A DNA stretch of 64,000 nucleotides from an uncultured Gemmatimonadota bacterium. GTDB lineage: Bacteria > JAAXHH01. Positions 26,299 to 36,645 of this stretch are shown here, piece by piece. The stretch spans positions 2,112,001-2,176,000 of the forward strand of contig OX638340.1 of assembly GCA_951812955.1 (NCBI GenBank). Reading direction: 5' to 3'. Below the pieces are notes generated by a model. It was not told where the DNA came from and made no database searches. It saw only the letters and a list, made by a program, of their open reading frames with translations. Every line of letters begins with the position of its first letter. The first letter of the stretch is position 1. The position numbers and the translations under genes were made by a program.

Positions 26299-27810
26299 AT
26301 GATAGTCCGATTGACGCGGTACTTCCCACTGGTTATCGCGATTCTTGCGTTGTCCGGCCCTGCGCAGGCCCAGGACCTGGCCGCATTTGAAAAGAACGTC
26401 ACGGAATTCACCCTCGACAACGGACTGACTTTCATCGTGGTGGAGAACCATGACGCCCCCGTCCTCACCGTCCTCACCTACGCGGACGTCGGCTCCGTGG
26501 ACGAGGTCAAGGGCATTACCGGCATGGCCCATGTCTTCGAGCACATGGCCTTCAAAGGCACGACGACCATCGGCGCAATGGACCTGGAATCCGAGTACGC
26601 GGCCATGCAGAAAGTGGACGAGATATTTGACGATCTCCGTAGCGAGCGGCACAAGGGCCACCAGGCCGACCCCGAGCGCCTGGCAAGCCTCGAACAGGAC
26701 TTCGAGGACGCCAAGAAGGCGGCCCGTGAATTTGCCGAGTCCAGCGCCATGGACGAAGCCATCGACAGGTCGGGCGGCACCGGCCTGAACGCGACCACCA
26801 GCCGGGATGCCACGAGGTATTTCTACAGCCTCCCTTCGAACAAGCTCGAGCTATTCTTCGCGTTGGAGTCGAGCCGCTTCCTCGACCCGGTGCTCCGTGA
26901 GTTCTTCGTCGAACGGGACGTGGTCATGGAAGAACGGCGGATGAGCGAAAGCAGTCCGACCGGACGCCTGGTGGAGGAGATGCTGAGTACCGCTTACAAG
27001 GCCCATCCCTATGGCGAGCCGACCCTGGGCCACATGTCGGACCTGGAATCAATGACCCGCACGGAGGCCATGGATTTCTTCAGACGGTATTACGGCGCCG
27101 ACAATCTGACGATCATCATCTCGGGCGACGCGGACCCCGCGCACGTCAAGGAACTGGCCCATGAGTATTTCGATCGCCTTCCGGCCGGGCCTCCCATAGA
27201 ACCGGTTGAAACGGTTGAACCCCCTCAACTGGCGGAGCGCCGCGTGATCATGGAGGACAAGTCACAGCCGGTGATATTGATGGGTTATCACAAGGTCGAC
27301 ATCAATCACGAAGACGACGTGGTCTTCAATGTACTGTCGGATATTATCGGAAGCGGTCGGACCAGCCGCCTGTACACGTCACTCGTCAAGGAACAGAAAA
27401 TCGCGGTCAACGCGTCTTCCTTTACGGACTTTCCTGGCAGCAAGTACCCCAACATGATGGTGTTCTTTGCCTTTCCCAGCAAGGATCATACCGCTGCGGA
27501 CACTGAGAAAGCCATCGAGGAAGAAATCGAACGCATCCGAAACGAAGAAGTTACCGAAGAGGAACTTTCCAGGGCAAAAGTGCGAGCCCGGGTAAACCTG
27601 ATCCGCCAGCTCGACTCCAATATGGGACTTGCGCTTCAAATGGCTTATTTTCATGTGCTTACGGGTGACTGGCGGGAACTCTTCCATAGTATAGACCAGA
27701 TCAGTGAAGTGACCGCCGAGGATATCAAGCGCGTTGCCAATCAGTACCTGGTTCCCAAGAACCGGACGGTGGCTTCAATCGTAACCTTGGAAGATGAATC
27801 TACGGAATAG
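26299..27810 (+). CDS. M16 (pitrilysin/insulinase) family zinc peptidase, catalytic subunit; secreted.
   Basis: Signal peptide, inverted zinc motif HVFEHMAFKGT (HxxEH), the downstream Glu region and a two-domain M16 layout. Confidence 0.85.
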   Translation: MIVRLTRYFPLVIAILALSGPAQAQDLAAFEKNVTEFTLDNGLTFIVVENHDAPVLTVLTYADVGSVDEVKGITGMAHVFEHMAFKGTTTIGAMDLESEYAAMQKVDEIFDDLRSERHKGHQADPERLASLEQDFEDAKKAAREFAESSAMDEAIDRSGGTGLNATTSRDATRYFYSLPSNKLELFFALESSRFLDPVLREFFVERDVVMEERRMSESSPTGRLVEEMLSTAYKAHPYGEPTLGHMSDLESMTRTEAMDFFRRYYGADNLTIIISGDADPAHVKELAHEYFDRLPAGPPIEPVETVEPPQLAERRVIMEDKSQPVILMGYHKVDINHEDDVVFNVLSDIIGSGRTSRLYTSLVKEQKIAVNASSFTDFPGSKYPNMMVFFAFPSKDHTAADTEKAIEEEIERIRNEEVTEEELSRAKVRARVNLIRQLDSNMGLALQMAYFHVLTGDWRELFHSIDQISEVTAEDIKRVANQYLVPKNRTVASIVTLEDESTE

Positions 27811-27872
27811 ACACAAGACTGAAATCGCGGACGGCTCGATTGTCCCTGGCACTGAACACAGGAGTTGCACCC

Positions 27873-30011
27873 ATGCGCAGTACCCGTCTGAAAATCGCTA
27901 CACTTGCCCTGATGATGGCAGGAATGGTCCTCTCGGCCGTGCCGGCCGCGGCCCAGAAGGACTACCGGGAGCTGGAATTCCCACCGCTCAACGACATAGT
28001 AACGCCGACGCCAACCAGGGTCGTCCTGGATAACGGGATCATCCTGTACCTGGTGGAAGACCGCCGGCTGCCGATGATCAACCTGAGCGCGCGCATCGGC
28101 GTGGGCGCCGTCAACGAACCGGCGGACAAGACCGGCCTGGCAGGAATCACCGGCGCGGTAATGCGCACGGGTGGGTCGACGACCATGTCGGGCGACGAGA
28201 TCGATGAAACGCTGGAAGGTCTCGGGGCGGCCGTGGAGACAGGGATCGGGCCGGTTTCCGGGTCCGCCTTCATGTCGGTCCTGAAGGACAACGTAGACAC
28301 CGTACTGCCCATTCTCGCGGACGTGCTCATGAATCCAGCCTTTCCGGAAGACAAGATCGAACTGGAGAAGGTCACCGCGCGGTCATCGATTTCGCGACGA
28401 AACGACGATCCGACCAACATGGGATTCCGGGAATTCCGCAAGCTGATCTACGGGGCGGAGAGCGTGTACGCGCGGCAGACCGAATACGCCACGATCGATG
28501 CCATTACCCGGGATGACCTCGTGGCCTTTCACCAGGCCTGGTTGCATCCGGACAATACCATGCTCGGCGTGTGGGGTGATTTCGACACGGACGAGATGGT
28601 CGAGAAGATATCCGATGTCTTCGGAGGTTGGGAAAAGGCCGGGTTCAAGCGACCCGAGCTGCCCGGTGTCGACTATACCTTCGACAGTTCGGTCAACTAC
28701 ATCAAAAAAGACGATATCAACCAGAGCACGGTCGTCATCGGCCACATTGGCGGGCTGATGAACAATCCCGATTATTTCGCCCTGCGGGTCATGAACGACA
28801 TCCTCAGCGGGGGATTTTCCGGCAGGCTCTTCCGCAACGTGCGATCGGAACAGGGCCTGGCCTACGCGGTCTTCGGTATCTACAGCGCCAACTACACGTA
28901 CCCCGGCATATTCTACGTGGCCTGCATGACCAAATCGGAAACCACGGTGCAGGCGGCCCGATCCCTGCTGCACGAAGTGGAACGGATGAAGACGGATGAG
29001 ATCACGGAAGAAGAACTGAACCTGGCGAAGGACAGTTTCCTGAATTCCTTCGTTTTCAATTTCGATACCCGGCGCGAAATCATCAACCGGCAGATGACCT
29101 ACGAGTACTATGGTTATCCCCAGGATTTCCTCGAAAAAACCAAGACCGAGGTGGAGAAGGTCACGGTCGAGGACGTTCAGCGGGTGGCGCGCAAGTACCT
29201 GCAGCCGGACAAGGTGCGTATTGTCGTAGTCGGGAATGACGAGGACTTCGACGAGCCGCTGACGGTCCTTGGCGAAGTGAACGAGATCGACGTGACCATT
29301 GCCGTGCCTGCCATGGAAGCGCCGGAAGCCACCGAGGACGACATGGCCAGGGGCAGGGCGTTGCTCGAACGTTCCGTGGAAGCCCTGGGAGGCAAGGAAG
29401 CGCTTGCGGCGGTACAGGCCGTACACAGGACCGCGGAGGTTACCATCATCAGGCCCATGGGCGAGATGGCCATCGGCGTGGAAATGCTCGTTTCCTTTCC
29501 GGATAAGATGAAGACGACCATGCAGACTCCAATGGGTGATATCGAAATGGTAGTGAACGGCGAGCAGGCCTGGATGGTCGGCCCCATGGGCGATACGCAA
29601 CCCGTACCGCCCCAGCAGCGGGATTCGATGCGGGAGGAACTATGGCGGCTCCCCGTCTACCTGTACGGCAGGGTGGACGCGGAAGGGTTGATAGTTCAAC
29701 ATCTCGGACAGGAAGAGATCGAGGGCGCGGCCGTGGAAGCGCTACTCATTACGCCTCCGGGTTTTGACCCCTTCAGGCTCTACCTGGACGCGGAGACCAT
29801 GTTGCCGGTCAAGAAGGCGGGCAAGTCCATGACCCAGCAGGGACCCGTGGATGCGGAGACAGTGATGAGCGATTACCGCGAGGTCGGCGGCATCCAGTTT
29901 CCGTTCACGGAGACGAGTACGGAAAACGGGAATCCAAGCAGCGAGGCCACGACTCAGAACATCGAGATCAACCCTGAGTTGCCTGAGGACGCTTTTGCGG
30001 CGCCGGAATAA
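27873..30011 (+). CDS. M16-family peptidase-like protein lacking the HxxEH motif (likely non-catalytic partner), with an extra ~250-aa C-terminal domain; secreted.
   Basis: Signal peptide from MRSTRLKIATLALMMAGMVLSAVPAAAQ. Has the M16 fold signatures but no HxxEH motif. Lies 30 bp after the catalytic paralog. The start is trimmed to ATG 27873. Confidence 0.7.
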   Translation: MRSTRLKIATLALMMAGMVLSAVPAAAQKDYRELEFPPLNDIVTPTPTRVVLDNGIILYLVEDRRLPMINLSARIGVGAVNEPADKTGLAGITGAVMRTGGSTTMSGDEIDETLEGLGAAVETGIGPVSGSAFMSVLKDNVDTVLPILADVLMNPAFPEDKIELEKVTARSSISRRNDDPTNMGFREFRKLIYGAESVYARQTEYATIDAITRDDLVAFHQAWLHPDNTMLGVWGDFDTDEMVEKISDVFGGWEKAGFKRPELPGVDYTFDSSVNYIKKDDINQSTVVIGHIGGLMNNPDYFALRVMNDILSGGFSGRLFRNVRSEQGLAYAVFGIYSANYTYPGIFYVACMTKSETTVQAARSLLHEVERMKTDEITEEELNLAKDSFLNSFVFNFDTRREIINRQMTYEYYGYPQDFLEKTKTEVEKVTVEDVQRVARKYLQPDKVRIVVVGNDEDFDEPLTVLGEVNEIDVTIAVPAMEAPEATEDDMARGRALLERSVEALGGKEALAAVQAVHRTAEVTIIRPMGEMAIGVEMLVSFPDKMKTTMQTPMGDIEMVVNGEQAWMVGPMGDTQPVPPQQRDSMREELWRLPVYLYGRVDAEGLIVQHLGQEEIEGAAVEALLITPPGFDPFRLYLDAETMLPVKKAGKSMTQQGPVDAETVMSDYREVGGIQFPFTETSTENGNPSSEATTQNIEINPELPEDAFAAPE

Positions 30012-30163
30012 ACGGATGCTGACGCGGCAACCTGGCGCAGCATGTTGTACAAAGCCCTGGTACAGAATGGCGCATACGAGCGTAGAAACAGCATGACGCC
30101 TTCGATGCGTCCGGTCAAACCGATGCAGGGAAGAGGACTGAACGTTTTGAAAAGGACAATCGG

Positions 30164-31096
30164 ATGTCCGCTGACATCAAGCACCTGATCGACTGGAAGT
30201 ACTGGGACGACGGCGAGGTCGTGGAGATCCTCGACCTGGCTCGGCGCGTCAAGCACTACCGCTGGGAGTACCAGGGCCATATGCAGGGCAATACGCTGGT
30301 CATGATCTTCCAGAAGACTTCCACGCGTACACGGGTGTCCTTCGAAGCTGGCATGACCGAAATGGGCGGACACGCCATCAACCTGGACTGGATGGCGACC
30401 AATTTCACGCTGAGCAAGGTCCGCTTCGAGACCCGGTACCTGGGCCGCAACGCGGCGATCATCATGGCCAGGTTGAAGGACAACAGGGACCTGATGGAGA
30501 TGGAAAAGGCTTCCACGGTACCGGTCATCAACGGGTGCTGCAACCTGTACCACCCCTGCCAGGCGCTGGCGGACGTGCTGACCATCGCGGAAGACCGTCC
30601 CGAGGGCGTCAAAGGCGCGCGGCTGACTTACATTGGCGTGTACAACAACGTGGTAAACTCGCTGGTCTCCATCGCCGCGCCGCTGGGCGTGCACCTGACG
30701 CTGGTCTGTCCGATCCGGGAGCCGGCCAGTGTGGATGAGGAAAGCCGCCAGAAGCTATTGAAACGGGGATTGCTCACGGAGACGCTGGACGCCGAGGCGG
30801 CGGTCGGGGAGGCCGACTACGTCTACACGGACACCTGGCTCGACATGGAATTGTATAACGATCCCGCCTACGCGGCAGAGAAGGAGAAACGGAGCGGGAT
30901 CATGATGCCCTACCAGATCAACCGTACCCTGCTCGGCGACAGCCGCGCGAAGATCATGCACGACATGCCCATCCACCCCGGCTACGAGATCGCCGAGGAC
31001 ATGGTCGAGCACGAGCGATCGATCATCTACGACCAGGCGGAGCACCGGCTGGACGCCCAGAAGGCCATCATGCTGAGGCTTCGGAACCGGTTGTAG
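30164..31096 (+). CDS. Aspartate/ornithine carbamoyltransferase-family protein (ornithine-type or acyl-ornithine-type transcarbamylase; atypical motifs).
   Basis: Carbamoyl-phosphate-binding STRTR motif (FQKTSTRTRVSFE) and HPCQ in place of HPTQ. The second-substrate motif region reads MHDMPIHPGYEI instead of the canonical HCLP of OTCases. Confidence 0.75.
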   Translation: MSADIKHLIDWKYWDDGEVVEILDLARRVKHYRWEYQGHMQGNTLVMIFQKTSTRTRVSFEAGMTEMGGHAINLDWMATNFTLSKVRFETRYLGRNAAIIMARLKDNRDLMEMEKASTVPVINGCCNLYHPCQALADVLTIAEDRPEGVKGARLTYIGVYNNVVNSLVSIAAPLGVHLTLVCPIREPASVDEESRQKLLKRGLLTETLDAEAAVGEADYVYTDTWLDMELYNDPAYAAEKEKRSGIMMPYQINRTLLGDSRAKIMHDMPIHPGYEIAEDMVEHERSIIYDQAEHRLDAQKAIMLRLRNRL

Positions 31097-31153
31097 CTAC
31101 TTGGTAGCTTTATCGCCAGCTCACCGGGCCTCGCCGCTACACCCATTCGGCGT

Positions 31154-33166
31154 TTAAATCCCAGGCATCGCCAACACCACCAGTTCAGCCCTTTCCGACG
31201 CCCCTCCGATCGGCACGGCGATGTACTGTTTTCCACCCGTCATGTAGGTCATGGGATTCCCCGTCGCGTTTCCCGGCAGCGGTATTTCCGCGACGAGCTC
31301 TCCGTTATCCGGATCGAAGGCCCTCAGGAACGCCTCGGCGCTCTCCGAATCGTAGGTCATGGCGTTGCCGCGGTCCGACACCTTCCGGTCCAGCACGATC
31401 CCCATCTGCGCGGCGAAAAGCAGCGACTCGGTCAGCAGCGGGAAGGTCCGGCGGTCCCATCCCAGGGGCGGCAGGTCCAGACCGTCGAGGGCGGGATGAT
31501 TGCGGGGGCCGCTTCCCACGGGGCTCATCCACACGTGCTCGCCCGTGTTCAGGTCTATGGCGGTAATACGTCCGTAGGGCGGCTTGATCACCGGCAGGCC
31601 GTCCATGATGGTGGGACCGTAGGCGAACCGGCCGGTGTACGTGTACGGCGCGTCCTCCTCTTCCGACTGATTCACCGTCATGATGGTCGGCAGGCTGTAG
31701 GAAGGCACGTACAGCATGCCCGTTTCCGGGTTCACGGCCGCGCCCGACCAGCTCGCACCGCCCACCAGCCCGGGCACGGCAATCATGCCTTTCTCGGTCG
31801 GCGGCGTGAAAAGCGGACCGTAGTCGTACTCGGCGATCGCGTCCATGGCCGCCTGTCGCAGCTCGGGCGTGAAATCGACGAGATCGTCTTCCGTCAGGCC
31901 CTGGCGCTCGAAGGCCGCCGGCTTCGTGGGAAAGGGCTGCGTGGCCGAGGCAGATTCGCCGGGCACCGTGGAAGGCGGCGTTTCCCGCTCCTCGATCGGC
32001 CAGATCGGCTCTCCCGTCGCCCGGTCGAATACGTAGGTGAAGCCCTGTTTCGTGACCTGGGCCAGCGCTTTTATCTCGCGGCCGTCCACCGTGAGGTCCA
32101 CCAGGCTCGGCGCGGCGGGCAGGTCATAGTCCCAGATGCCGTGATGCACCATCTGGAAATGCCAGACCCGTTCGCCCGTCTCGGCGTTCAGACAGACCAG
32201 GCTTTCGGCGAAGAGATTGTCGCCCAGCCTGTGGCCGCCGTAGAAGTCGTTGGTGGGTGTGCTGACCGGCAGATAGACGTATCCCAGCGCTTCATCCGCG
32301 CTCATCCAGGTCCAAACGTTTGTGCTGCCCGTGGTCTTCCAGGACTCGTCCTGCCAGGTCTCGTTACCGAACTCGCCTTCCTGGGGTATCGTCTGGAACA
32401 CCCATTTCTGTTCCCCCGTGCGCACGTCGAACCCGCGCACGTCGCCCGGCGGCATGTCCGCGTCCGGCATCCGGAATACGGCAAAGGAGTCGAGCACCGT
32501 CGCCCCGACCACGACCACCCCACGGACGATCACCGGCGGGCTGGAAACGGCGTAGAGGCTCCGGTCGATGGGACGGCGCAAGCCCTTCGTCAGGTCCACG
32601 CGACCGTTCTCGCCGAAGTCCGCAATCGGTTCGCCGGTTCCGGCGTCCAGCGCGATGAGATAGGCGTCGCCCGTTGCATAGAGGATTCTCCGCTCGTCAC
32701 CCTCCTCCCAGTAGGCCACGCCGCGATGGACGAACCCGACATTGGCGGGCGTCCCGTCCTCCCACGTCCGGGGATCGTATGACCAGATTGTCTCTCCCGT
32801 GGCCGCGTCGATGGCCGCCACCTGGCTCATGGCGGTGCTCGTGTACAGCACGCCGTCGACCATGAGGGGCGTCGCCTCGTTGACGAATACGCGCAGGGTG
32901 GAATCGGCCTCCAGTATGGCGTTGTCGATGGAATCCCAGCGCCACGCGACTTCGAGATCGGCCACGTTATCACGGTCGATCTGACCCAGGGGCGCATACT
33001 TGGTGCTCGCGTGGTCGCCGGCATATGCGCGCCATTCCGCCTGGGAGGCGTCGGAGGCGTCACCGGTCTGCGTGGCGTCACCAGCGCAGGATACCATCAT
33101 CATGCCAATGCAGAGGACCGGGATCACCAACCCCGTCATTGCAGCGAGCGGACTTAACTTACGCAT
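31154..33166 (-). CDS. PQQ-dependent (quinoprotein) dehydrogenase, 8-bladed beta-propeller type; probable lipoprotein.
   Basis: N-terminal W.AYAGDHASTKYAPL quinoprotein signature, repeated W-motifs and a size of 670 aa. The leader ends MMMVSCAG. Confidence 0.8.
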   Translation of the reverse strand: MRKLSPLAAMTGLVIPVLCIGMMMVSCAGDATQTGDASDASQAEWRAYAGDHASTKYAPLGQIDRDNVADLEVAWRWDSIDNAILEADSTLRVFVNEATPLMVDGVLYTSTAMSQVAAIDAATGETIWSYDPRTWEDGTPANVGFVHRGVAYWEEGDERRILYATGDAYLIALDAGTGEPIADFGENGRVDLTKGLRRPIDRSLYAVSSPPVIVRGVVVVGATVLDSFAVFRMPDADMPPGDVRGFDVRTGEQKWVFQTIPQEGEFGNETWQDESWKTTGSTNVWTWMSADEALGYVYLPVSTPTNDFYGGHRLGDNLFAESLVCLNAETGERVWHFQMVHHGIWDYDLPAAPSLVDLTVDGREIKALAQVTKQGFTYVFDRATGEPIWPIEERETPPSTVPGESASATQPFPTKPAAFERQGLTEDDLVDFTPELRQAAMDAIAEYDYGPLFTPPTEKGMIAVPGLVGGASWSGAAVNPETGMLYVPSYSLPTIMTVNQSEEEDAPYTYTGRFAYGPTIMDGLPVIKPPYGRITAIDLNTGEHVWMSPVGSGPRNHPALDGLDLPPLGWDRRTFPLLTESLLFAAQMGIVLDRKVSDRGNAMTYDSESAEAFLRAFDPDNGELVAEIPLPGNATGNPMTYMTGGKQYIAVPIGGASERAELVVLAMPGI

Positions 33167-33314
33167 GTTCGTTTCTCCCGAGTGTGCAGGTGTATAAGGA
33201 TTTCATTATGTGATGGCATCGTCAACGCATGAAAGCATATCGCTTGGAAGCATATTGTACAATTGTACAACTGATCAGTCTATGAGCTATGCGGCTCATC
33301 GAACGCGCAACCCG

Positions 33315-34454
33315 TCAAATATATCCGGTAGACCCATCCGGACGGACGTAACACGTACGCTGCCAGTGTACGACCTCGTTGTCCTTCACGGCTTCTTCAT
33401 CTACGTCGATACCGAGTCCGGGTGTATCGCGTAACGGCAGGTAGCCGTCTTCGGGCAGGTAGGGGTCGATGATGCACTGCTCCCATTCCGTGCCCAAGGG
33501 CAGGATGTATTCGAGGATCTTGAAATTGGGGGTGGCCGCCGCGAAGTGCACGTTGACGGCCGTGGCCAGGGGTCCCATGGGATTGTGCGGGGCGATCGTG
33601 ACGTAATGTGCCTCGGCGATGGCCGCTATCTTGCGCATCTCCAGCAGTCCGCCGCAGACGCAGACGTCCGGCTGGATGATGTCGGCTCCCTGTGCCGCCA
33701 TGAGCTCAAGGAACTCGAACCGGGTGTATAGCGACTCGCCCGTGGCCAAAGGGACCTGCATCTGCGAGCGCAGGCGAGACCACGCGGGCAGATGCTCGGG
33801 CCGAAGCGGCTCTTCGTAGAAATAGGGATCGTAGGGCGCCAGGGCATTGGCGAGTTGCAGGGCTCTTACCGGCTCGAATATCCGGGCGTGGGGATCGAAG
33901 GCAATTTCCCATTCGCCGGGCGTGTTATCCCGAACATCCTCGAAAAACTCCGCGGCCGCGCTACAGACCCGGCCCCAGCGCTCGGCCTCGATGTCCACCT
34001 GGTAGGGGCTCGTCTTGAACGCCGTGAACCCCCACGATTCATGCAGCGCATGGGCGCGCTCAATGAAGCCGTTCGCGTTGCCTCCGACGCCGTGATACAC
34101 CCGCACGCGGTCTCGGACCGTCCCGCCCAGGAGCATGTACACCGGCAACCCCGCCGCCTTGCCGCTGATGTCCCACAGGGCATGATCCACGGCGGACATG
34201 ACCGCCAGTCCCGTCCCGCCGGGCGGAAAGCGAAACTGCTGGAACAGCTTCAGCATGATGTATTCGATGCGGCGGGGATCTTCTCCTTTTATCATCTCGA
34301 AGATGTAATCAGCGATCGGCTCCACGGATTTGTCCGGTCCAACAGAATAAGCCTCTCCCCAGCCATACAATCCTTCGTCCGTCTCCACCTTCACCAGGCC
34401 CCGGGACCGGTTTCCGAAGGTGCCGGCGTATGTTTTAATGGCGGTAATTTTCAT
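33315..34454 (-). CDS. Enolase-superfamily dehydratase (mandelate racemase/muconate lactonizing enzyme family), second copy in the window.
   Basis: MKITAIKTYAGTFGNRSRGLVKVETDEGLYGWGE capping domain plus barrel domain. The start is trimmed to the ATG at 34454, which is preceded by GGAG. The track ORF extends a further 50 codons upstream with no conserved sequence. Confidence 0.8.
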   Translation of the reverse strand: MKITAIKTYAGTFGNRSRGLVKVETDEGLYGWGEAYSVGPDKSVEPIADYIFEMIKGEDPRRIEYIMLKLFQQFRFPPGGTGLAVMSAVDHALWDISGKAAGLPVYMLLGGTVRDRVRVYHGVGGNANGFIERAHALHESWGFTAFKTSPYQVDIEAERWGRVCSAAAEFFEDVRDNTPGEWEIAFDPHARIFEPVRALQLANALAPYDPYFYEEPLRPEHLPAWSRLRSQMQVPLATGESLYTRFEFLELMAAQGADIIQPDVCVCGGLLEMRKIAAIAEAHYVTIAPHNPMGPLATAVNVHFAAATPNFKILEYILPLGTEWEQCIIDPYLPEDGYLPLRDTPGLGIDVDEEAVKDNEVVHWQRTCYVRPDGSTGYI

Positions 34455-34683
34455 TAGTGAAGGCTCCATCGCATACGGGGATTGATACCCGCATCCGTAG
34501 TACGATTCCTGTTGAGTTAAGGTGCCGAATTTGGTCAGATGGGTCTCTGCAAGATAGACGGGTGAAGCCGGGCTGTCAAGGAACGGCCGGCGGTTCAGAA
34601 ACAAACGGTTCCTTGCTTACCGGATTCCATGAGACGCTGTTCTTCGGTGTGGTTGACTTGCACATTCCAATGCGTATTTTGAT

Positions 34684-35220
34684 TTGATGGGCTACGCGGT
34701 TGTACTGTCTTACGATGACGAGGCTGAACAGGCTGTTCGCGAAATCTGGGACGGCCTGGGGGCGGCCCTCGGGCAACCATCCCTTTCGGAATTGGGCGCC
34801 CGGCCACATGTTTCGCTTGCAGTTTACAACGACGATCTCGATACGGCCGGTTTCTCGGAACGATTGCGCGAGTTCGCGCAATCCATCGACCCTTTTGATT
34901 TCTGTTTAAGAAGCTTAAGTGCCTTTACCCGACAGGAAGGTGTGGTGTTCCTTGCGCCCGTGGTTACCCGGTACCTTTTGACTGTGCACGAGCGATTTCA
35001 CGAGGCGTTTGCGCAGAACAAGGATTCAGTCGTGGCACACTACCAGCCCGGCAACTGGATACCGCACTGTACGGTCGCAATCGATCTGGTTCCTGCCGAA
35101 ATTCAGAAGGCTGTTGGGTATAATCGCGAAGCATTCAAGCCTATATCGGGACGGTTCCAGGAGATTGGTCTCATCGAATTCCGTCCCGTAAAGGAACTGT
35201 TTACCTGTAAGCTCGGTTAG
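34684..35220 (+). CDS. 2H-phosphoesterase superfamily protein (LigT/2'-5' RNA ligase-like).
   Basis: Two H-x-[ST]-x motifs, PHVSLAVY and PHCTVAID, at the expected spacing in a 178-aa protein. A candidate sigma70 promoter TTGACT-16-TATTTT lies ~30 bp upstream. Confidence 0.6.
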   Translation: MMGYAVVLSYDDEAEQAVREIWDGLGAALGQPSLSELGARPHVSLAVYNDDLDTAGFSERLREFAQSIDPFDFCLRSLSAFTRQEGVVFLAPVVTRYLLTVHERFHEAFAQNKDSVVAHYQPGNWIPHCTVAIDLVPAEIQKAVGYNREAFKPISGRFQEIGLIEFRPVKELFTCKLG

Positions 35221-35272
35221 TAATTATTCGTCCAGGTGAAGCCGGTTACTCATCGCATTCGCAAGGATTTCC

Positions 35273-36574
35273 ATGGCCAGTCTGATTGTTGAAGGAGGGA
35301 AGCCGCTTTCCGGAACAGTCGTTCCATCCGGCAACAAGAACGCCGTGCTGCCCATTCTCTGCGCCACGCTGTTGACTGATGAGACGGTGACGATCCGGAA
35401 CGTGCCGGACATCACCGACGTCCAGAAAATCGTCACGTTCCTCGAAGCCCTGGGGTCCCGGATCGACTGGGACAGAGCCTCCGGTTCGCTTCAGATCAAC
35501 AACGCCGGCTTTCACGACGACACCGGTGAAGTGGCCCTGCCGGAAGGCATGCGCTCGGCCCTGTTGCTGCTTCCCGGCCTGTTGCACCGCACACGCTCCA
35601 TCCGGTTTTCTAATGTCAAGGGGTGCGCCCTCGGCGTGCGGGAGATCGATCCGCACGTGGAGGTACTGCGTTCCCTGGGGGGGCGCATCGTATCGGAAGA
35701 TCCCATCGAATTCGAGTTGAACGGACGTTTTAAGGGTGACCGGATCTGGCAGGATTACGTATCGGTGACCGGGACCGAGAACTTCATCATGGCCGCGGTC
35801 CTGGGCGAGGGCAGGTCGACCCTGGTCAATGCCGCGTGCGAACCCAACGTGCAGGACCTGTGCCATTTCCTAAACACCATAGGGGCGCGGATCGAAGGCA
35901 TCGGGGCGAACGTCCTGCACATACAGGGTGTGGATCGCCTGGGCGGCGGGTCGGTGGAGATCACGCCCGATCACCACGAGATCACGACGTTCCTGGCAGT
36001 TGGTGCCATGACGGGCGGCGAAGTTCGGGTCGAGCGGGCCATACCCCACCATTTCGACCTGATCAATCGCTGCTTAAGGAAACTGGGCGTAACCATCGAA
36101 TACGAGGGTGATACGGCGATAGTGCGGGGTAGCCAACCTCACAGGATCGAGGATCCCTTCACGTCCAATATCCTGGCCAAGATCGAGGCCGCGCCATGGC
36201 CGTACCTGCCCGCCGATCTCTTGCCCCTGATGATCCCCCTGGCCATCCGGGCCGAAGGGTCGATCATGTTCTGGAACAAGGTGTACGAAGGCGCCTTCTT
36301 CTGGATTTCGGAGCTGGTCAAGTTCGGCGCCCACGTGGTCATCAACGACCCCCACCGCATCATCGTCTTCGGAGGACGTCCGCTCCAGCCGGCCGTGGTG
36401 GAAGCGCCGTACATCATCCGGGCGGCCGTGGCCCTTTACATGACCGCTGCCAGCATACCGGGCACCAGCGTCATCAATGGCGCCGAGTCCATCCTTCGGG
36501 CGCATCCCAATTTCGTGGAGAATCTGCGTGCCCTGGGCGCGGAGGTGTCGTGGGAAGGGTTGGAGGGAGAATGA
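35273..36574 (+). CDS. murA: UDP-N-acetylglucosamine 1-carboxyvinyltransferase
   Basis: PSGNKNAVLPILCATLL N-terminus, catalytic Cys region KGCALGVREIDPHV and the EPT fold length of 433 aa. Confidence 0.88.
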   Translation: MASLIVEGGKPLSGTVVPSGNKNAVLPILCATLLTDETVTIRNVPDITDVQKIVTFLEALGSRIDWDRASGSLQINNAGFHDDTGEVALPEGMRSALLLLPGLLHRTRSIRFSNVKGCALGVREIDPHVEVLRSLGGRIVSEDPIEFELNGRFKGDRIWQDYVSVTGTENFIMAAVLGEGRSTLVNAACEPNVQDLCHFLNTIGARIEGIGANVLHIQGVDRLGGGSVEITPDHHEITTFLAVGAMTGGEVRVERAIPHHFDLINRCLRKLGVTIEYEGDTAIVRGSQPHRIEDPFTSNILAKIEAAPWPYLPADLLPLMIPLAIRAEGSIMFWNKVYEGAFFWISELVKFGAHVVINDPHRIIVFGGRPLQPAVVEAPYIIRAAVALYMTAASIPGTSVINGAESILRAHPNFVENLRALGAEVSWEGLEGE

Positions 36575-36645
36575 TGGGGAACTTTTCTGATGCCGATCGA
36601 AATCTATAGGGGCCAGGAGAAGGCGGAGAGGATCCGCGCTCCGGC

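Noticed and set aside
28383-29600. 405-aa minus-strand ORF; also 31496..32782(+), 35246..35866(-), 37492..39042(+), 40904.., 45532..46941(-), 59103..60398(-)
   Set aside because: All are antisense or overlapping alternative frames of confidently assigned genes and have low-complexity, GC-skewed composition.
30012-30163. Imperfect hairpin ATGCTGACGC-ggcaacctg-GCGCAGCAT after the M16 pair; considered as an intrinsic terminator
   Set aside because: There is no U-tract following the stem, and it lies in the promoter-proximal region of the transcarbamylase gene, so a terminator call is unsupported.
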